A stretch of 64,000 nucleotides of DNA, from the NCBI RefSeq assembly GCF_006345805.1, contig NC_043001.1:11284001-11348000 (forward strand), read 5' to 3'. Within the stretch, counting starts at the first letter, position 1, and each line of letters begins with the position of its first letter. The position numbers and the translations under genes are program-made. Source of the stretch: Octopus sinensis (taxonomy: Eukaryota). Positions 39,157-52,716 of this stretch are shown here, piece by piece. The notes under the pieces were generated by a model, which worked only from the letters and a program-made list of their open reading frames with translations, was not told where the DNA came from and did no database searches.

Positions 39157-39638
39157 AAAGAGAGAGAAACGTAGTTTCAAGAAAGTAGACAGACTTAAAA
39201 TAATGCAGTTATTTTATTATTTTTCTGATATATTTTTTCGTCTTAAATCTTCGATTACAAAACATCTTTTTCAAAGATATATAATATTGAGACAAAAACA
39301 ATTTTCTTTGCTTAAGCCTGGAGGCGGAATGAATAGCTTCAATAATTCAATGTATAAAGCAGTAGCTGCTTGTCAACCATTCTACGAAAGAGGCAGGTCA
39401 GCCTTTCACAGTGCTGTTGTTAAAACTTGACTGATTTTCCTGAATATTATTCAAATTTGAAAAGGATATTTTTGCCGTCGTAAACTTTAGAAGTAAAATT
39501 TAAGAAAAGGAAAACCACATTAAAAAAAAGCAACATTTCTTTTAACTACGTGCTTGAATTTAATTTAAACAATGATTTGTGTGTGTGTATGTGTGTACGT
39601 TTGTACATTGGTATATTTTATATATATATATAATATAC

Positions 39639-39694
<56 letters not shown>

Positions 39695-39710
39695 TATATA
39701 TATACTTATA

Positions 39711-39782
<72 letters not shown>

Positions 39783-39797
39783 GTATACATATATATA

Positions 39798-40921
39798 AAC
39801 TTAGATAAACTTAGATATGTTTCGACCAATGATTTGTCCAGGCCATGTCTAACTTAATAGCACCACCTGATAGGATTATTTGAATCCTGTTTAAGTCAAG
39901 TTTTGTTTATGGTCCATTCAAGTAGTGAGTTTTTGTTGGGTGAGTTGTATCCAATTATGGGTGGCTTATCTGGTATTCCTTGAAGGAATCTATCCAGACT
40001 CCGTTTAAAGTTGATGGGATCCTTTTCCTCTTTGATATCTTTCGGGACAATGTTAAATAGGGCAGGGCCTGTTGAGGAAAAGAAATTATGTTGCAGTGTA
40101 CATGTATGCTGTGAACTTGAATTGGGCAGGGGACGCATGGCCCGTGGTCCCAGTCTTGGATGAACCTTGAAGCTAATGTTCAGGTCGTTTGGGCAAAGTT
40201 GGCGGTATATTCTCCACATCGTACAAATGATGTACCGCTCACGGCGACGCTGGAGATAGTAGAGTTTCAAGGCTTTAAGGCGATCCCAATAATCGAGAGC
40301 AGCCATGCCTTCAATTCGTTTAGTGAGTGCCCTCTGGGGTGATTCAATCCTCGAGATGTTTTGTCTTGTATGGGGAGACCAAAATGGGCAGCAGTATTCG
40401 AGGTGTGGCTGTACAAAGGAGGCGAAAAGTGGTATGATGACACCTTGTTCTCTAGACCGGAAAGTTCTTAAGATCCAGGAACTCATCCTACGAGCTATAT
40501 CGTTTATGTAAATTATGAAGAGTAGCGAACCCAAGACAGTCCCTTGGGGGACACCGCTGGTGACTTTTGCTGGGCTTGATTGGACTCCATCAACTACAAC
40601 GTGTTGTGTTCTATTCGCCAGGAAGTACTTGATCCAGTGTAAAACTTTTCCACAGATTCCAACATTTGCCAATTTTGAGAGTAGGATATTATGGTCTACC
40701 CTGTCGAACGCCTTACTGAAGTCAAGATATATGACATCAGAGTTCGAACCTGTTCCCAAGGCTTTGAGTACATCTTCAATGTGGTGTAAGAGCTGTGTAA
40801 GACAGTCCCTGCCACAGCGAAAGCCATGCTGATTTGCATTTAGGAGTTTGTGCGTCCCCAGGAAGTCAGCTATCCTTGATAGCTCTTTCAAACACTTTAA
40901 TGATGTGGGAGGTGAGTGAGA
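39798..40921 (-). mobile_element. CR1-clade LINE 3' fragment with in-frame internal deletion
   Basis: [52 protein letters not shown] joined directly to RRMSSWILRTF (no YADD), HLEYC, LQRRRERY. Tail ends in repeated TCTAAGTTTA. Confidence 0.9.
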
Positions 40922-41492
40922 TTCACCAAAAATTTTCCCCAAAAATGTTTCGAAAGTTTTCACCCAAAAATTTTTCAAAAATTTTCACCCAAAATTTTAC
41001 CAGACAAATTTTTCGAGAATGTTCACCGAAAATTTTTCGAAACTTTTCACCGAAAATTTTCTCCAAAAATGTTTCGAAAATTTTACCCAAAAATTTTTCG
41101 AAACTTTTCACCGAAAATTCTCTACAAAAATTTTTCACCGAAAATTTTACCTAGAAATTTTTCGAAAACTTTCACCGAAAGTTTTCTCCAAAAATTTTTC
41201 GAAAATTTTACCCCAAAATTATTGGAAAATTTTACCTAAGAATTTTCACGGAAAATTTTACCCAAAAATTTTCACCGAAATTTTACCTAGAAATTTTTCG
41301 AAAATTTTCACCGAAAATTTTCTCCAAAAAGTTTTCGAAAATTTTTCGAAACTTTCACCGAAAATTTTCTCCCAAAATTTTTCGCAAATTTTCACCGAAA
41401 ATTTTCCCCAAAAATTTTTGGAAAGTTTTCAAGGAATATTTTCCCCAAAAATTTTTCGAAAATTTTCCCCAAAATATTTTTCGAAATTTTGC
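40922..41492. repeat. Degenerate AAAATTTT-rich minisatellite
   Basis: Reiterated TTTTCACCGAAAATTTT / CCAAAAATTTTTCGAAAA units. Confidence 0.9.
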
Positions 41493-41771
41493 GTGTAAAT
41501 AAAAAGAATTATAATATGGGAAGGTCATGAGGTAGAACTAAACTTAGAATTATAAACAAAGCAGGAGCTGCAAATAATGCAAATGAGCAAAAGTCAGTGT
41601 CAAAAAATGGGTAGTTTAAACTTAAAAGATACAGGATGGTCACGCGGTACCTTCTGGGAGGGGAGAGAAGGACAGGGATTAAGAGAAAAACAGAATAAGA
41701 GCGGAAAGGACTATACGAAGATGAAAAAAAACTGAGTAGGAAAAGATGATTCGGAAAAAGGAATAGGAGTA

Positions 41772-41818
<47 letters not shown>

Positions 41819-41887
41819 TATATATATATATATATGGAAACGATAGTCAAGATAGAAAATGCTAAAATAATTTTATATAGAACATTT

Positions 41888-41923
41888 CAGTACCGGTTTC
41901 AGTTATTGAGACTTTTTCAACTG
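41888..41923 (-). ncRNA. Minimal type I HHR-like motif with C3U/G8A covariation
   Basis: CAG-TTGAAAA-AGT-CTCAATA-ACT-GAA-ACCGGT-A-CTG, followed downstream by (TA)n. Confidence 0.55.
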
Positions 41924-43499
41924 TAAGTATGGAAAATAATTAAATTTTGGAAAAATTAAAAGAAAAAAGAATATTTGCATTGTATTCAAATACAAGTTGC
42001 ATTTTCCTTGTTTCTGCCTGTCTCTGTGTCACTTGTTTATTCTTGTGGGTTCGAGATCGTTGTGATTTCTGGGAAGAAGAAGAAGAAGAAGAAAGAAGAA
42101 GAAGAAGAAGAAGAAGAAGAGAAGAAGAAGAAGAAGAATGTGGGAGTGCCATATATATATATGTGTAACTGATGACTTTGATGCAGAACAAATTAGAAGC
42201 CAAACAATAAGGTATTTATGTCTTCTAAATATGTCGTGGCAGATTCGAACGTGAATACCTGGTCACTTGTTTTTCGTCAAAGGAGGACAACAATCCTTTT
42301 TAGACAATGGCTTTTCATAACAGATGGGATTCACATATGTAAAGCAAGTTTGAGACGCCTCGGTGTTTCGACCTTATTGTGTGCCTTCCAGTGAAGGTTA
42401 CTCGTTGGAATCCGACAAGACCCCGTCTTGTTGCAATTGTAAGAGACAAGGCGCTCTTTAATGATTTTAAAGAAAAGATAGAAAAGAAAAGATAGATGAG
42501 AATGATGTTACTATATTGAATATTTAAGCCAATTTAGTTCTCCATCATTTCACAACATTTCTGCATCACAAGTTAGACCAATGAAACTTACCTTAGTTTA
42601 TGCGGTACTTATTTTGTTAGACGAAGAACAAAACTGACGCTACCGCTATTTGAAACAAAGTTCTTTGAGACTCCAGCTCTGAATCACTTTAGTTTCTCTT
42701 CTACACCGAATTAATCAAAAATAGCCCCATTTCCTCCATCGTTTTCTTTCGTTCTCATAAAACATTTGCCAACATCTCGTAAAACCGCAATGTCTGCCAA
42801 TGTTATTTATTCCATTCTTTCCAGCAGAAAAAAATATTGAAGTTTGTTAATTAAGAATTCATAAATTTTATTTACTGAAAGGCTCTGACAGACTTTTCGG
42901 TTCGTATGAAAACGAAAGACTAAATTAGGAGTTTCTGCCTTGTGAAAACATGTATTAAAAACTCAGTTATGGAAAGTTATAGATTACAGATTCTACTAAA
43001 AAAGATAAGAAGCTTATAAAAGACGTGAACATATTTACTAAGACGCCTAAATACAGCCGACACAAATCTACCTGTCAATGAATTTGGTGAAATATATGTA
43101 AAAGCAACGAGCTTATTGTGTCTGTATTGATAATAATACGCATACACATTATGTGAATTTTATGTATAATTACATATTGAGACATTCAAACATTGACTCG
43201 AACCAGGAAACAATATTTATACGTAGAATATATAATCTATTTTTTATAAATAAAACGGAGACAACGAAGTTTTGCCGAAGTCGGCTCCTTCCGTCTGACC
43301 GAAGATATGTATGTATGTATGTATGTGCGTATTTCCATGTGTGTGTATATGTGTGCACATGTGTTTGTGAGTATGTGCGTGTGATATATTAATGTTTAAC
43401 TTTTATGTTATAATAAAAACAATTTTTCATTAAATCGAATAATAAATATATTTGGGAAACTATAATGGCAGCGCGCGATGATACCTCGAAGTCACTGTC

Positions 43500-43634
43500 A
43501 CTAGAACTCTCTCTATCTCTCTCCCCGTTTTCCCCCCTCTCAAAACTTTCTGTCGAAGAGCGTAGGCCCCAGCGTTAAGCTAATGCATCCTGTTCCTTCA
43601 CCTGCCTTCTTTGTCTTTCGATTCTGCAAATTTG

Positions 43635-43638
<4 letters not shown>
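43500..43638 (+). mobile_element. Penelope-like terminal fragment with truncated HHR-derived motif
   Basis: CTTT-CTGTCGA-A-GAGC-GTAG-GC at 43546-43567; ends in (TA)n. Confidence 0.45.
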
Positions 43639-43678
<40 letters not shown>

Positions 43679-43753
43679 GTGTGTGTGTATGTGTGTATGT
43701 GTATAATATATATATATATATTATAGATATATATATATATATATATACATACG

Positions 43754-43858
<105 letters not shown>

Positions 43859-43914
43859 TATATACATACATATATACATATATACATACATATATACATA
43901 CATGCCGGTGAAAT

Positions 43915-44965
43915 ATGCCCTTAGTGAAATTTTCCGAGGAGAGAGTATTCTCTACCAAAGTAAGTAAAAAACCACAGTAAACATCACTGAAGCTCCTTCA
44001 CGAGAAGACATAGACTCCTTCTGAAGGAAAATTTGGAGTGAAGAGAAGGAATTTAACCAAGATGCTCTGTGGCAGGAAGAAATCCGTAACAGTTATTGCT
44101 CCTGCGTTACATCCAACCATGCAACATTGATGGTGATACTCTTGCAACTGTGATCCAGGATGGAAAAGCACATGGAAGAGAGTTGATTGTTGGATATCGG
44201 TGCAAGAAGCTAACATTCTACCGACCATATCTTATCAATCTGTACCAGCAAGCTTTCATTGGAAACAGTAACATACCACACTGGTTAGCTTTGGTAGAGA
44301 GAAAATTGATCCCCAAATTCAGAACCGTCCACATGGCAAAAAGCTACCGGCCAGTTGCATGCTAGAACTAAATATATAAGATATATACAGAATGTTTAAA
44401 CCTCTTTCTCCAAGACCATTACGAAACCAATAACATAATCACAGCAGTACAAGCAGCTGGGAAGATGGGAGTCTGGTTATGTGTCGAGCAATTGCTAATC
44501 AAAAAAACCATAATCTCAGAGGTGCGAGAGCATAGGAGGAAACTAGTTTCAATGTGGCTAGATTGCAAGAAAGCCTTTGACTCTCTTTCCCACTCATAGA
44601 TGCTAGAAGCCCTTCAACTTGCTAAAGTTCCAGTGAGAATAGTCAAAACCATAGCTGACCTGACTTCATCGTGGACCACTATCTTGAAATTAAACGCTAA
44701 TACAATAATACAATGAAATTAAATACTAATACGATAGAATACAATATCGCAAAGGCATATTCCAAGGAGACAGTCTCTCTGTGATGTTGTTTGTACTTTC
44801 TGTAAACCCCTTGTCATTCATGTTAAGGAAGTCTGAGAGATATCTCATTGGTTCACAAGGAAACAGAAATACCAAAATTACACACTGTTTCTTTGTGGAT
44901 GATCTAAAACTATGCAAAGAATATGCATGAGATAAAAAAGAGCCTTGACCTGGTTATAACATTCA
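43915..44965 (+). mobile_element. Degenerate R4/Dong-type LINE RT fragment
   Basis: EDIDSF*RKIW, IPHW..LIPK, SYRPVAC, WLDCKKAFDSL, KGIFQGDSLS, FFVDDLKL. Confidence 0.8.
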
Positions 44966-44974
44966 GAAGGGGTC

Positions 44975-45150
44975 AAACAGGGACAAACAAAGGGATTAAG
45001 TCGATGACATCGACCCCAGTGCGTAACTGGTACTTATTTAATCGACTCCGAAAGGGTGAAAGGTAAAGTCGACCACGGCGGAATTTGAACTCAGAACGTA
45101 ACGCTAAGCATTTCAGCCGGCGTGCTAACGATTCTGCCACCTCGCCGGCC
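44975..45150 (-). mobile_element. SINE family B
   Basis: Reverse complement of core and head. Confidence 0.8.
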
Positions 45151-45567
45151 TTATGTGTCATCATATGTATATACAGATACTGGTCATATAAATATATATG
45201 TGTATTATATTTCTTTTATTTCATCCAGGCGTTTCAGCGACACGGTTGCGGCCATGCTGGAGCACTACCATGACTGAGTATCCTTTCCACAGCTCTCTTA
45301 TTTCTTCTAGGTGGCGGGGTTTCAAATCATCACAACCGCCAGCGTGTTTTTCGTGGCTGTTGACTCAATTGATGTCCAAGGGAGTTCGACATTGCATTTC
45401 TGTATATACGAAGAATTATGCAGACGCATGTGCATAGATATACATACACAATTGATACACATAAACACAGGGACACACACACACACAACACACACACACA
45501 CACAACACACACACACACAGAGGCATACGTAACTTTATTGCATCGGTTAAATCTATTCTTATTTCTT

Positions 45568-45790
45568 TATTACCCACAAGCGGCTAAACATAGAGGGGAA
45601 AAACAAGGACAGACAAAGGGATTAAGTCGATTACATCGACCCCAGTGCGTAACTGGTACTTAATTTATCGACCCCGAAAGGATGAAAGGCAAAGTCGACC
45701 TCTGTGGAATTTGAACTCCGAACGTAGCGGCAGACAAAATACGGCTAAGCATTTCGCCCAGGGTGATAAAGGTTCTGCCAGCTCGCTGCA
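45568..45790 (-). mobile_element. SINE family B
   Basis: Reverse complement of core and head. Confidence 0.8.
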
Positions 45791-46313
45791 TTTCGGTTAA
45801 ATCTATTCTTGTTAATGCACTTTGCTGTGTATAGTCTATCTTTAAAGAGAAACACACTAGGGGTCAGAACAGTTTCAAATAAATACATTTATCGCGGTAT
45901 TTTTATGTATTCAACGTGGATGGTCTCTGTCTCTATCTGTCAGTCTGTCCTGTCTGTCTCTCTATTTTTTTAATTTCGTTCCTTTCGGGATTTTATCCCT
46001 AATTTTGTGGTTTTGGAAGCTAGCTGTTCTTTCTAGCGTGAGGAATGCCATGAATGGATTTCTCTTATGTGTTTGAATGTACACTGTATTATATATATAT
46101 ATATATAAAGCTAGCTAGCCACCTTTATACTCATCTCTCTCTGCCCCTCTCTCTTCAAACACGCACATAAACACACAGAGACACACAGGCACACACGCAC
46201 GCACACATATACACATATTTGTATATCTTCTGAAGAATGCTTGGTTCGTGATTCAAAAGTCACTGATTTCGCGGAAGCACTTGAATTCCGTTTTACATTC
46301 ATGTGTATATTGA

Positions 46314-46546
<233 letters not shown>

Positions 46547-47081
46547 GTATATCTCTCTACCCGAAGATTGTTTTAGATTTTACATCCAGTTATCCGGTAA
46601 GATTGCATAACGTTATATTTATTCCAATTGCTACAAATCTTTCGTTTACGGGTCTCTTTGGTAGTTCCTACATAGAAAACATTTCTGTGCTTTGAGAAAT
46701 ATTTATATTTATAGCTTCAAGTGTACGTTAAATCTGAATGCGCTGATGTGCTTCCATATAGATATTATAAACAAAGGAAGGGCATTTGAAGCATAAGACA
46801 TTCAAAATAATATCTATACGTTATGGCCGTACGTATATGATTTTCTGTTGCATGTTATTGCGTAAGATTGAAATATGATTTTATTCGCTTCCCCGTTGAA
46901 AATGTTCTTCATATATTTTTAAAAGCATCTGGGTTTCAGAACCGTAATTGTATCCCGATAATATATATATTTTTTTAATTGAAAGTACTTCGAGTTTCTC
47001 TGAATCTATCACACCTACATAGTAATATATTGTTTATGTTGCTATAAACTTTTATCCATAGAAGTTTTTGATAGCTTCTTC

Positions 47082-47112
<31 letters not shown>

Positions 47113-47113
47113 A

Positions 47114-47167
<54 letters not shown>

Positions 47168-47796
47168 GATATATATATATATTATATATATATATATCAT
47201 ATATTGTATATATATGTATATATATAATATATATATATAAATGTATATATACATATTATATGTATATATACATATATATTATATATATATTATATATATA
47301 TATTGTATATATATTATATATATATTATATATATATTATACATATATTATATATATATTATATATTATACACACACACACACACATTCATACCGTGTTTA
47401 TACACACGCATACACGCACGCACCCCACCCGCGAATACTTGCGTGTATATATAATGAATAAAAGAATGAAGATAACAGTTTCATGTATATTTCCTTTTAG
47501 TGTAAATGTTGCTTCACATGTAGCTGGAACATTTTCCCAAGCTTTAGATAAACAGGTCCCTGCATCTAACCTGTATCATAATTTCTTTTAACAGACACAC
47601 GCTAAAACTACCTTACTCTACCACGCCAAATTTTGTGGAACATATTGCGAAATTTGACGGTGTCAAATGAAATCGTGTGACCGATAACACTGTTATCACT
47701 GATCACCCACGTAATAAGAGAACACTTAGCCATTCAAACAACCACAATACCGTAAGTTTAAATCATATATATATGTATATATATATATATGTATAT

Positions 47797-47850
<54 letters not shown>

Positions 47851-47866
47851 ATATATATATATATAT

Positions 47867-48173
47867 ACTCTCTTTACTCTTTTACTTGCTTCAGTCATTG
47901 ACTGTGGCCATGCTGGACCACCGCCTTAAGTCGAGCAAATCGACCCCAGAACTTATTTTTGGCATCGATCTCATTTGCCGAACCGATAAGTTGTCAAGCG
48001 ATGTTGGGGGGACAAACACAGACACACAGTTTCCATCTACCAAATCCATTCACAAGGCTTTGGTCGGCTCGAGGCTATAGTTGAAGACACTTCCCCAAGG
48101 TGCCACGCAGTCGGACTGAACCCGGAACCATGTGGTAGGTAAGCACGCTACTTACCACACAATCACTCCTACG

Positions 48174-48175
<2 letters not shown>
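47867..48175 (-). mobile_element. SINE family A (degenerate)
   Basis: Reverse complement of head and tail. Confidence 0.8.
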
Positions 48176-48241
<66 letters not shown>

Positions 48242-48450
48242 TGATTAAGCCATATAGTGTGTGTGCGTGTGCGTATGTATATATGCACGTGTTTTGGAGT
48301 ATATCAAGTTCTCTCTTCTCACTCTCAATCTCTCTGTCGATGTCTCTCTATATTGGTGTATGTATATGTATATGTATGTGCGTGTGCATGTGTGTATGTG
48401 TGTAAGTGTGTTTGTATATATATTTACATTTATTAGTATGCATATATATA

Positions 48451-48839
48451 GGCGCAGGAGTGGCTGTGTGGTAAGTAGCTTGTTTACTAACCACATGGTT
48501 CCGGGTTCAGTCCCACTGCGTGGCACCTCGGGCAAGTGTCTTCTACTATAGCGTCGGGCCGACCAAAGCCTTGTGAGTGGATTTGGTAGACGGAAGCTGA
48601 AAGAAGCCCGTCGTATGTGCGTGTATGTTTGTGTGTCTGGTGTTTGTCCCCCTAGCATTGTTTGACAACCGATGCTGGGGTGTTTACGTCGCCGTCACTT
48701 AGCGGTTCGGCAAAAGAAACCGATAGAATAAGTACTGGGCTTACAAAGAATAAGTCCCGGGGTCGAGTTGCTCGACTAAAGGCGGTGCTTCAGCATGGCC
48801 GCAGTCAAATGACTGAAACAAGTAGAAGAGTAAAAGAGT
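48451..48839 (+). mobile_element. SINE family A
   Basis: GGCGCAGGAGTGGCTGTGTGG...AAAAGAGT. Confidence 0.9.
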
Positions 48840-49714
48840 AAATGGTATATATGCTTGTGTAGGTGTGCTTCTATTCTGTGTTTATATGTACTTGATTCAC
48901 TCCAGGTAATACCCTCTATGAAAAGCATATTCAGGTATTGCTGATGGGACGTAAAAGTTCAAAGTCTTTTTGCAGATGTTTTGTAATCTTTGTTGACTTC
49001 ATGTAGAAGTTTATTTTTAAAGCACACAATTTCTTGATATTAGATTGATCTCCCAGCCTTTAAGCAGCATTCCATGAATTCTGTACAAATTTTAAATCGC
49101 CAGCTGCTTTGTCCCCAGCCAACCTACCGTTGTAATTACTTTGGTAAAAAAGCTTTTATATTTTTTATCTATATTTTTATAGTATCTGGGGAGATTCACT
49201 CTGTGTTAATGCCTTATTAATTTAACACACTCACCGCTTCAATTTCCACTCATTTACTTTTTGTACAATTTTCGCTGCTTCTAGCAACCTCTCTAATAGT
49301 CTTTGACTCTGTCCATCATTGGAGCTACGTTCTTTTTTGGTTTGTTTTTGTATTTTGTTTATATTTTTATGTTATATTTTTTTTTACCTTATCTATTATT
49401 TTCTTTTCTTTATCTCTTGTCATTTCTTTTCGTTTTGGATGTTGAATATCTTAATTTCTACCTAGAACTTTATCTTAGGTAATATGAAGGTGTTTATATG
49501 TGAAGAAAACATTTTCCCAATGATAATAGATTCACAATATATATTTAACTCCGATGTTTGCGTTTTATTGACCAAATCAAAGTAACTTTTTTCAGTTCTA
49601 GCTTACCATACATTGTATATATAAAGTGCGAATTTTGTTTGTATATATAGAGATGAAATGTTGATGTAACAATGATGTTCTGATGATCTGAGTAAAGAGA
49701 AGTGATGACTGCCG

Positions 49715-50480
49715 GATAGTGCAGGTTGTTTACAGTGATATGACGCCATTGACCAGAGAAAAATACAAAAATGGATGAAAATATTTAAAGGGGAGGGGAA
49801 AACCATGAGCTCTACGCTGAATAAAAAATACATTAATATCTGTAGATATTAGGTGGATAATTACACCACCCCCACACATACATATCGGTAGCCACTACAC
49901 ACATTTTTTCTCTCCTTGGTTTTTCTGTTCCTTCTGTAAGAGCGTAGGCTCGAAACGTAAAAGACTTTTCTCTTTCCTGAGCGTTATACTAATACATCCG
50001 TTTGTTTTGTACACCACCTGTCTTCGTCTTTTGTTTTTTTCGTGAACTCTCCTATATATATATATATATATATATCATATATATTATATATATATATATA
50101 TTATATATATTATATACATGTATGCACACACACACATGCTAACATATTTGACAAATGAAAAGCGTATCGTGTTCGACTTTCACAGAAGGCTACACGTTGT
50201 TTACAGTAATGATGCCATTGACCAGAGTAAAATGCAAAAATGGATGAGAATATTTAAAGAGGGACGAAATAGATATGAAAGCCGTTGAAATGTAACTCCT
50301 AACACGAGTCTCCAGCGAGTGGACAAACGAGTCACACGCAGTGAGTTTGCTGCACATCTGGATTGTGATCACAATGCATGAGAGAAAACAATGGAAGAGT
50401 ATGAGAATTGCGTGCCAAGTGAATACCTCGGCAGATGACATCTAATCTTCTGCAAACGTTTGCAAGCATTAAAAAAGCAT
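49715..50480 (+). mobile_element. Two mariner transposase N-terminal remnants (49715-49795 and 50140-50480)
   Basis: FHRRLHVVYSNDAIDQSKMQKWMRIFKEGR (mariner HTH) and AK*IPRQMT (WVPRxL motif); the first remnant duplicates part of the second. Confidence 0.7.
49860..50052 (+). mobile_element. Penelope-like terminal fragment with HHR-derived motif
   Basis: CTT-CTGTAA-GAGC-GTAG-GCTC-GAAA-CG-TA-AAAG at 49931-49963; ends in (TA)n. Confidence 0.5.
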
Positions 50481-50659
50481 TCTTCCTTCCGGAGCTTAAA
50501 AACTTCAAGAGTTATTAATCGGGAGAGAAGGTTAGCAGGGAAAAGGGATGACAAGAGCATAAATTTGGGGATGAGAAAAGGCGTAATTTTTTAAAATTCT
50601 TTTGGAACAGTATTATAACGTGAATAATAAGTATATTGGGACACTAAAGAAGCTTTCCC

Positions 50660-50923
50660 AAATAACTGGTTCCGGGTTCAGTTCCACTGCGTGGCACCTT
50701 GAGCAAGTGTCTTCTATTTCCTCTGGACGATCAAAGACTTGTGAATGGATTTAGAAGAAGGAAAAGCTGAAAGAAGTCCGCTGTATATACATATTTGCCT
50801 TTCATCCTTTCGGGGTCGATAAATAAATTACCAGTTACGCACTGGGATTGATCTAATCGACTTAATCCCTTTGTCTGTCCTTGTTTGTCCCCTCTATGTT
50901 TAGCCCCTTGTGAGCAATAAAGA

Positions 50924-50960
<37 letters not shown>

Positions 50961-51185
50961 ATATACCTAGGTGTGTATGTCTTTGTGTCTGTGTTTGTCC
51001 CCACTCCGCTTGACAACAGGTTCTTATGTGTTTACGCCTCCGTAACTTGGCGGTTCGGGAAAAGAGATCGATAGAATAAGTACTAGGTTTTTAAAAAATA
51101 AGTCCTAAGGTCGGTCGGTTTCTACGACTAAAACTCTTCAAGGTGTTGCACCACCATGATAGCAGTAAAATGACTGAAACAATTA
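50660..51185 (+). mobile_element. Degenerate SINE A with a nested SINE B fragment (50795-50925)
   Basis: Family A motifs interrupted by the B core. Confidence 0.7.
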
Positions 51186-51871
51186 GAAAATATATATATC
51201 TATGGATTCATAGAATTTTGTGGCTATCACAGAAAGCTCCTCTAGTGGACCCGGTTATCATACAACATAGTAATGCAATACAGAGGAATAAAATGCAGTT
51301 CTATGCCACTGAAGTCCGGGAGATCGAATCGGTGAAATTATTTTCATGAGAAGTATATAAACCATAAGAATTTAGGAGATACGAACGAGGAATATACCTT
51401 CATTGATTTGGTCAGTAAAACGTCAACATCCAAGAAAAAACATATTGTGAATCTATTATCATAAGGAAAATGTTTTCTTCACATATAAATACCGCCGTAT
51501 CACTTAAGATAAAGTGCTAGATAGAAGTTAAGAGATTCACCATCCTTAATATAAGTCAAATAACAAGAAGAACTGACATGAGATAAAGAAAAAAGAAATT
51601 ACTTGATAACCTAAAAATACCAAGAGGTCAAATTTATCACCTCCCGTACCTCCTGATGTTTTATGGTATATGTATACACGTAAGCATCTACGTATACATA
51701 CATATGTATATATGTACGTATATATATATATATATATATATACATACATATATATATATATGTACGTATATATGTTCGTATATATATATATATATTATAT
51801 AATATATATATATATGTTCGTATATATATATTTATATATATATAATATTTCGTATACATATATAATATAGA

Positions 51872-51944
<73 letters not shown>

Positions 51945-52284
51945 GCCCACACATACACTCTCTCACACACTCACATATATATATGCACAGGTGGGAATGT
52001 ATGTATTTTATTACTTTGTGTATCATTTACTTTCTTCGCATGTACCTGTGTATGTAACATGTTGTTCTTGTATGGGGTCACATCGCTATTAGCAGAACAC
52101 GGGTGCATACAGCGTAAAAGTACAAACCAGCGATTTTATTGCAGATTATATCCCACAAGCAGTTATGTATGAACAATAAAATCTAACCAATTTTTTTCAT
52201 ACAAATGTGGTAGCAAAATAAAACCTTCTCAGCATACTCAGTAACAATAGGATAAAGACATCAGTAAACGATAATATACCCATT

Positions 52285-52367
<83 letters not shown>

Positions 52368-52450
52368 TTATATATATATATATATAAATATATATTTACA
52401 TAATATATATATAAATATATATATCTATAAATATATATATATACCATAAT

Positions 52451-52498
<48 letters not shown>

Positions 52499-52648
52499 AA
52501 TATATATATATGATATATATATATTCTGTATATATATATATATTTATATATATATATATTTATATATGTATATATATATTTATATATATATATATATAAT
52601 ATATAGTGTATATATAATATTTATAATATATATATTTATATATATATG

Positions 52649-52716
<68 letters not shown>

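Noticed and set aside
42245-42465. EGF-like phrases (ILLDNGFS, EGYSLESDKT) in one frame, with possible AG/GT splice sites
   Set aside because: Two in-frame stops, cysteine spacing not EGF-like, and no supporting exons nearby
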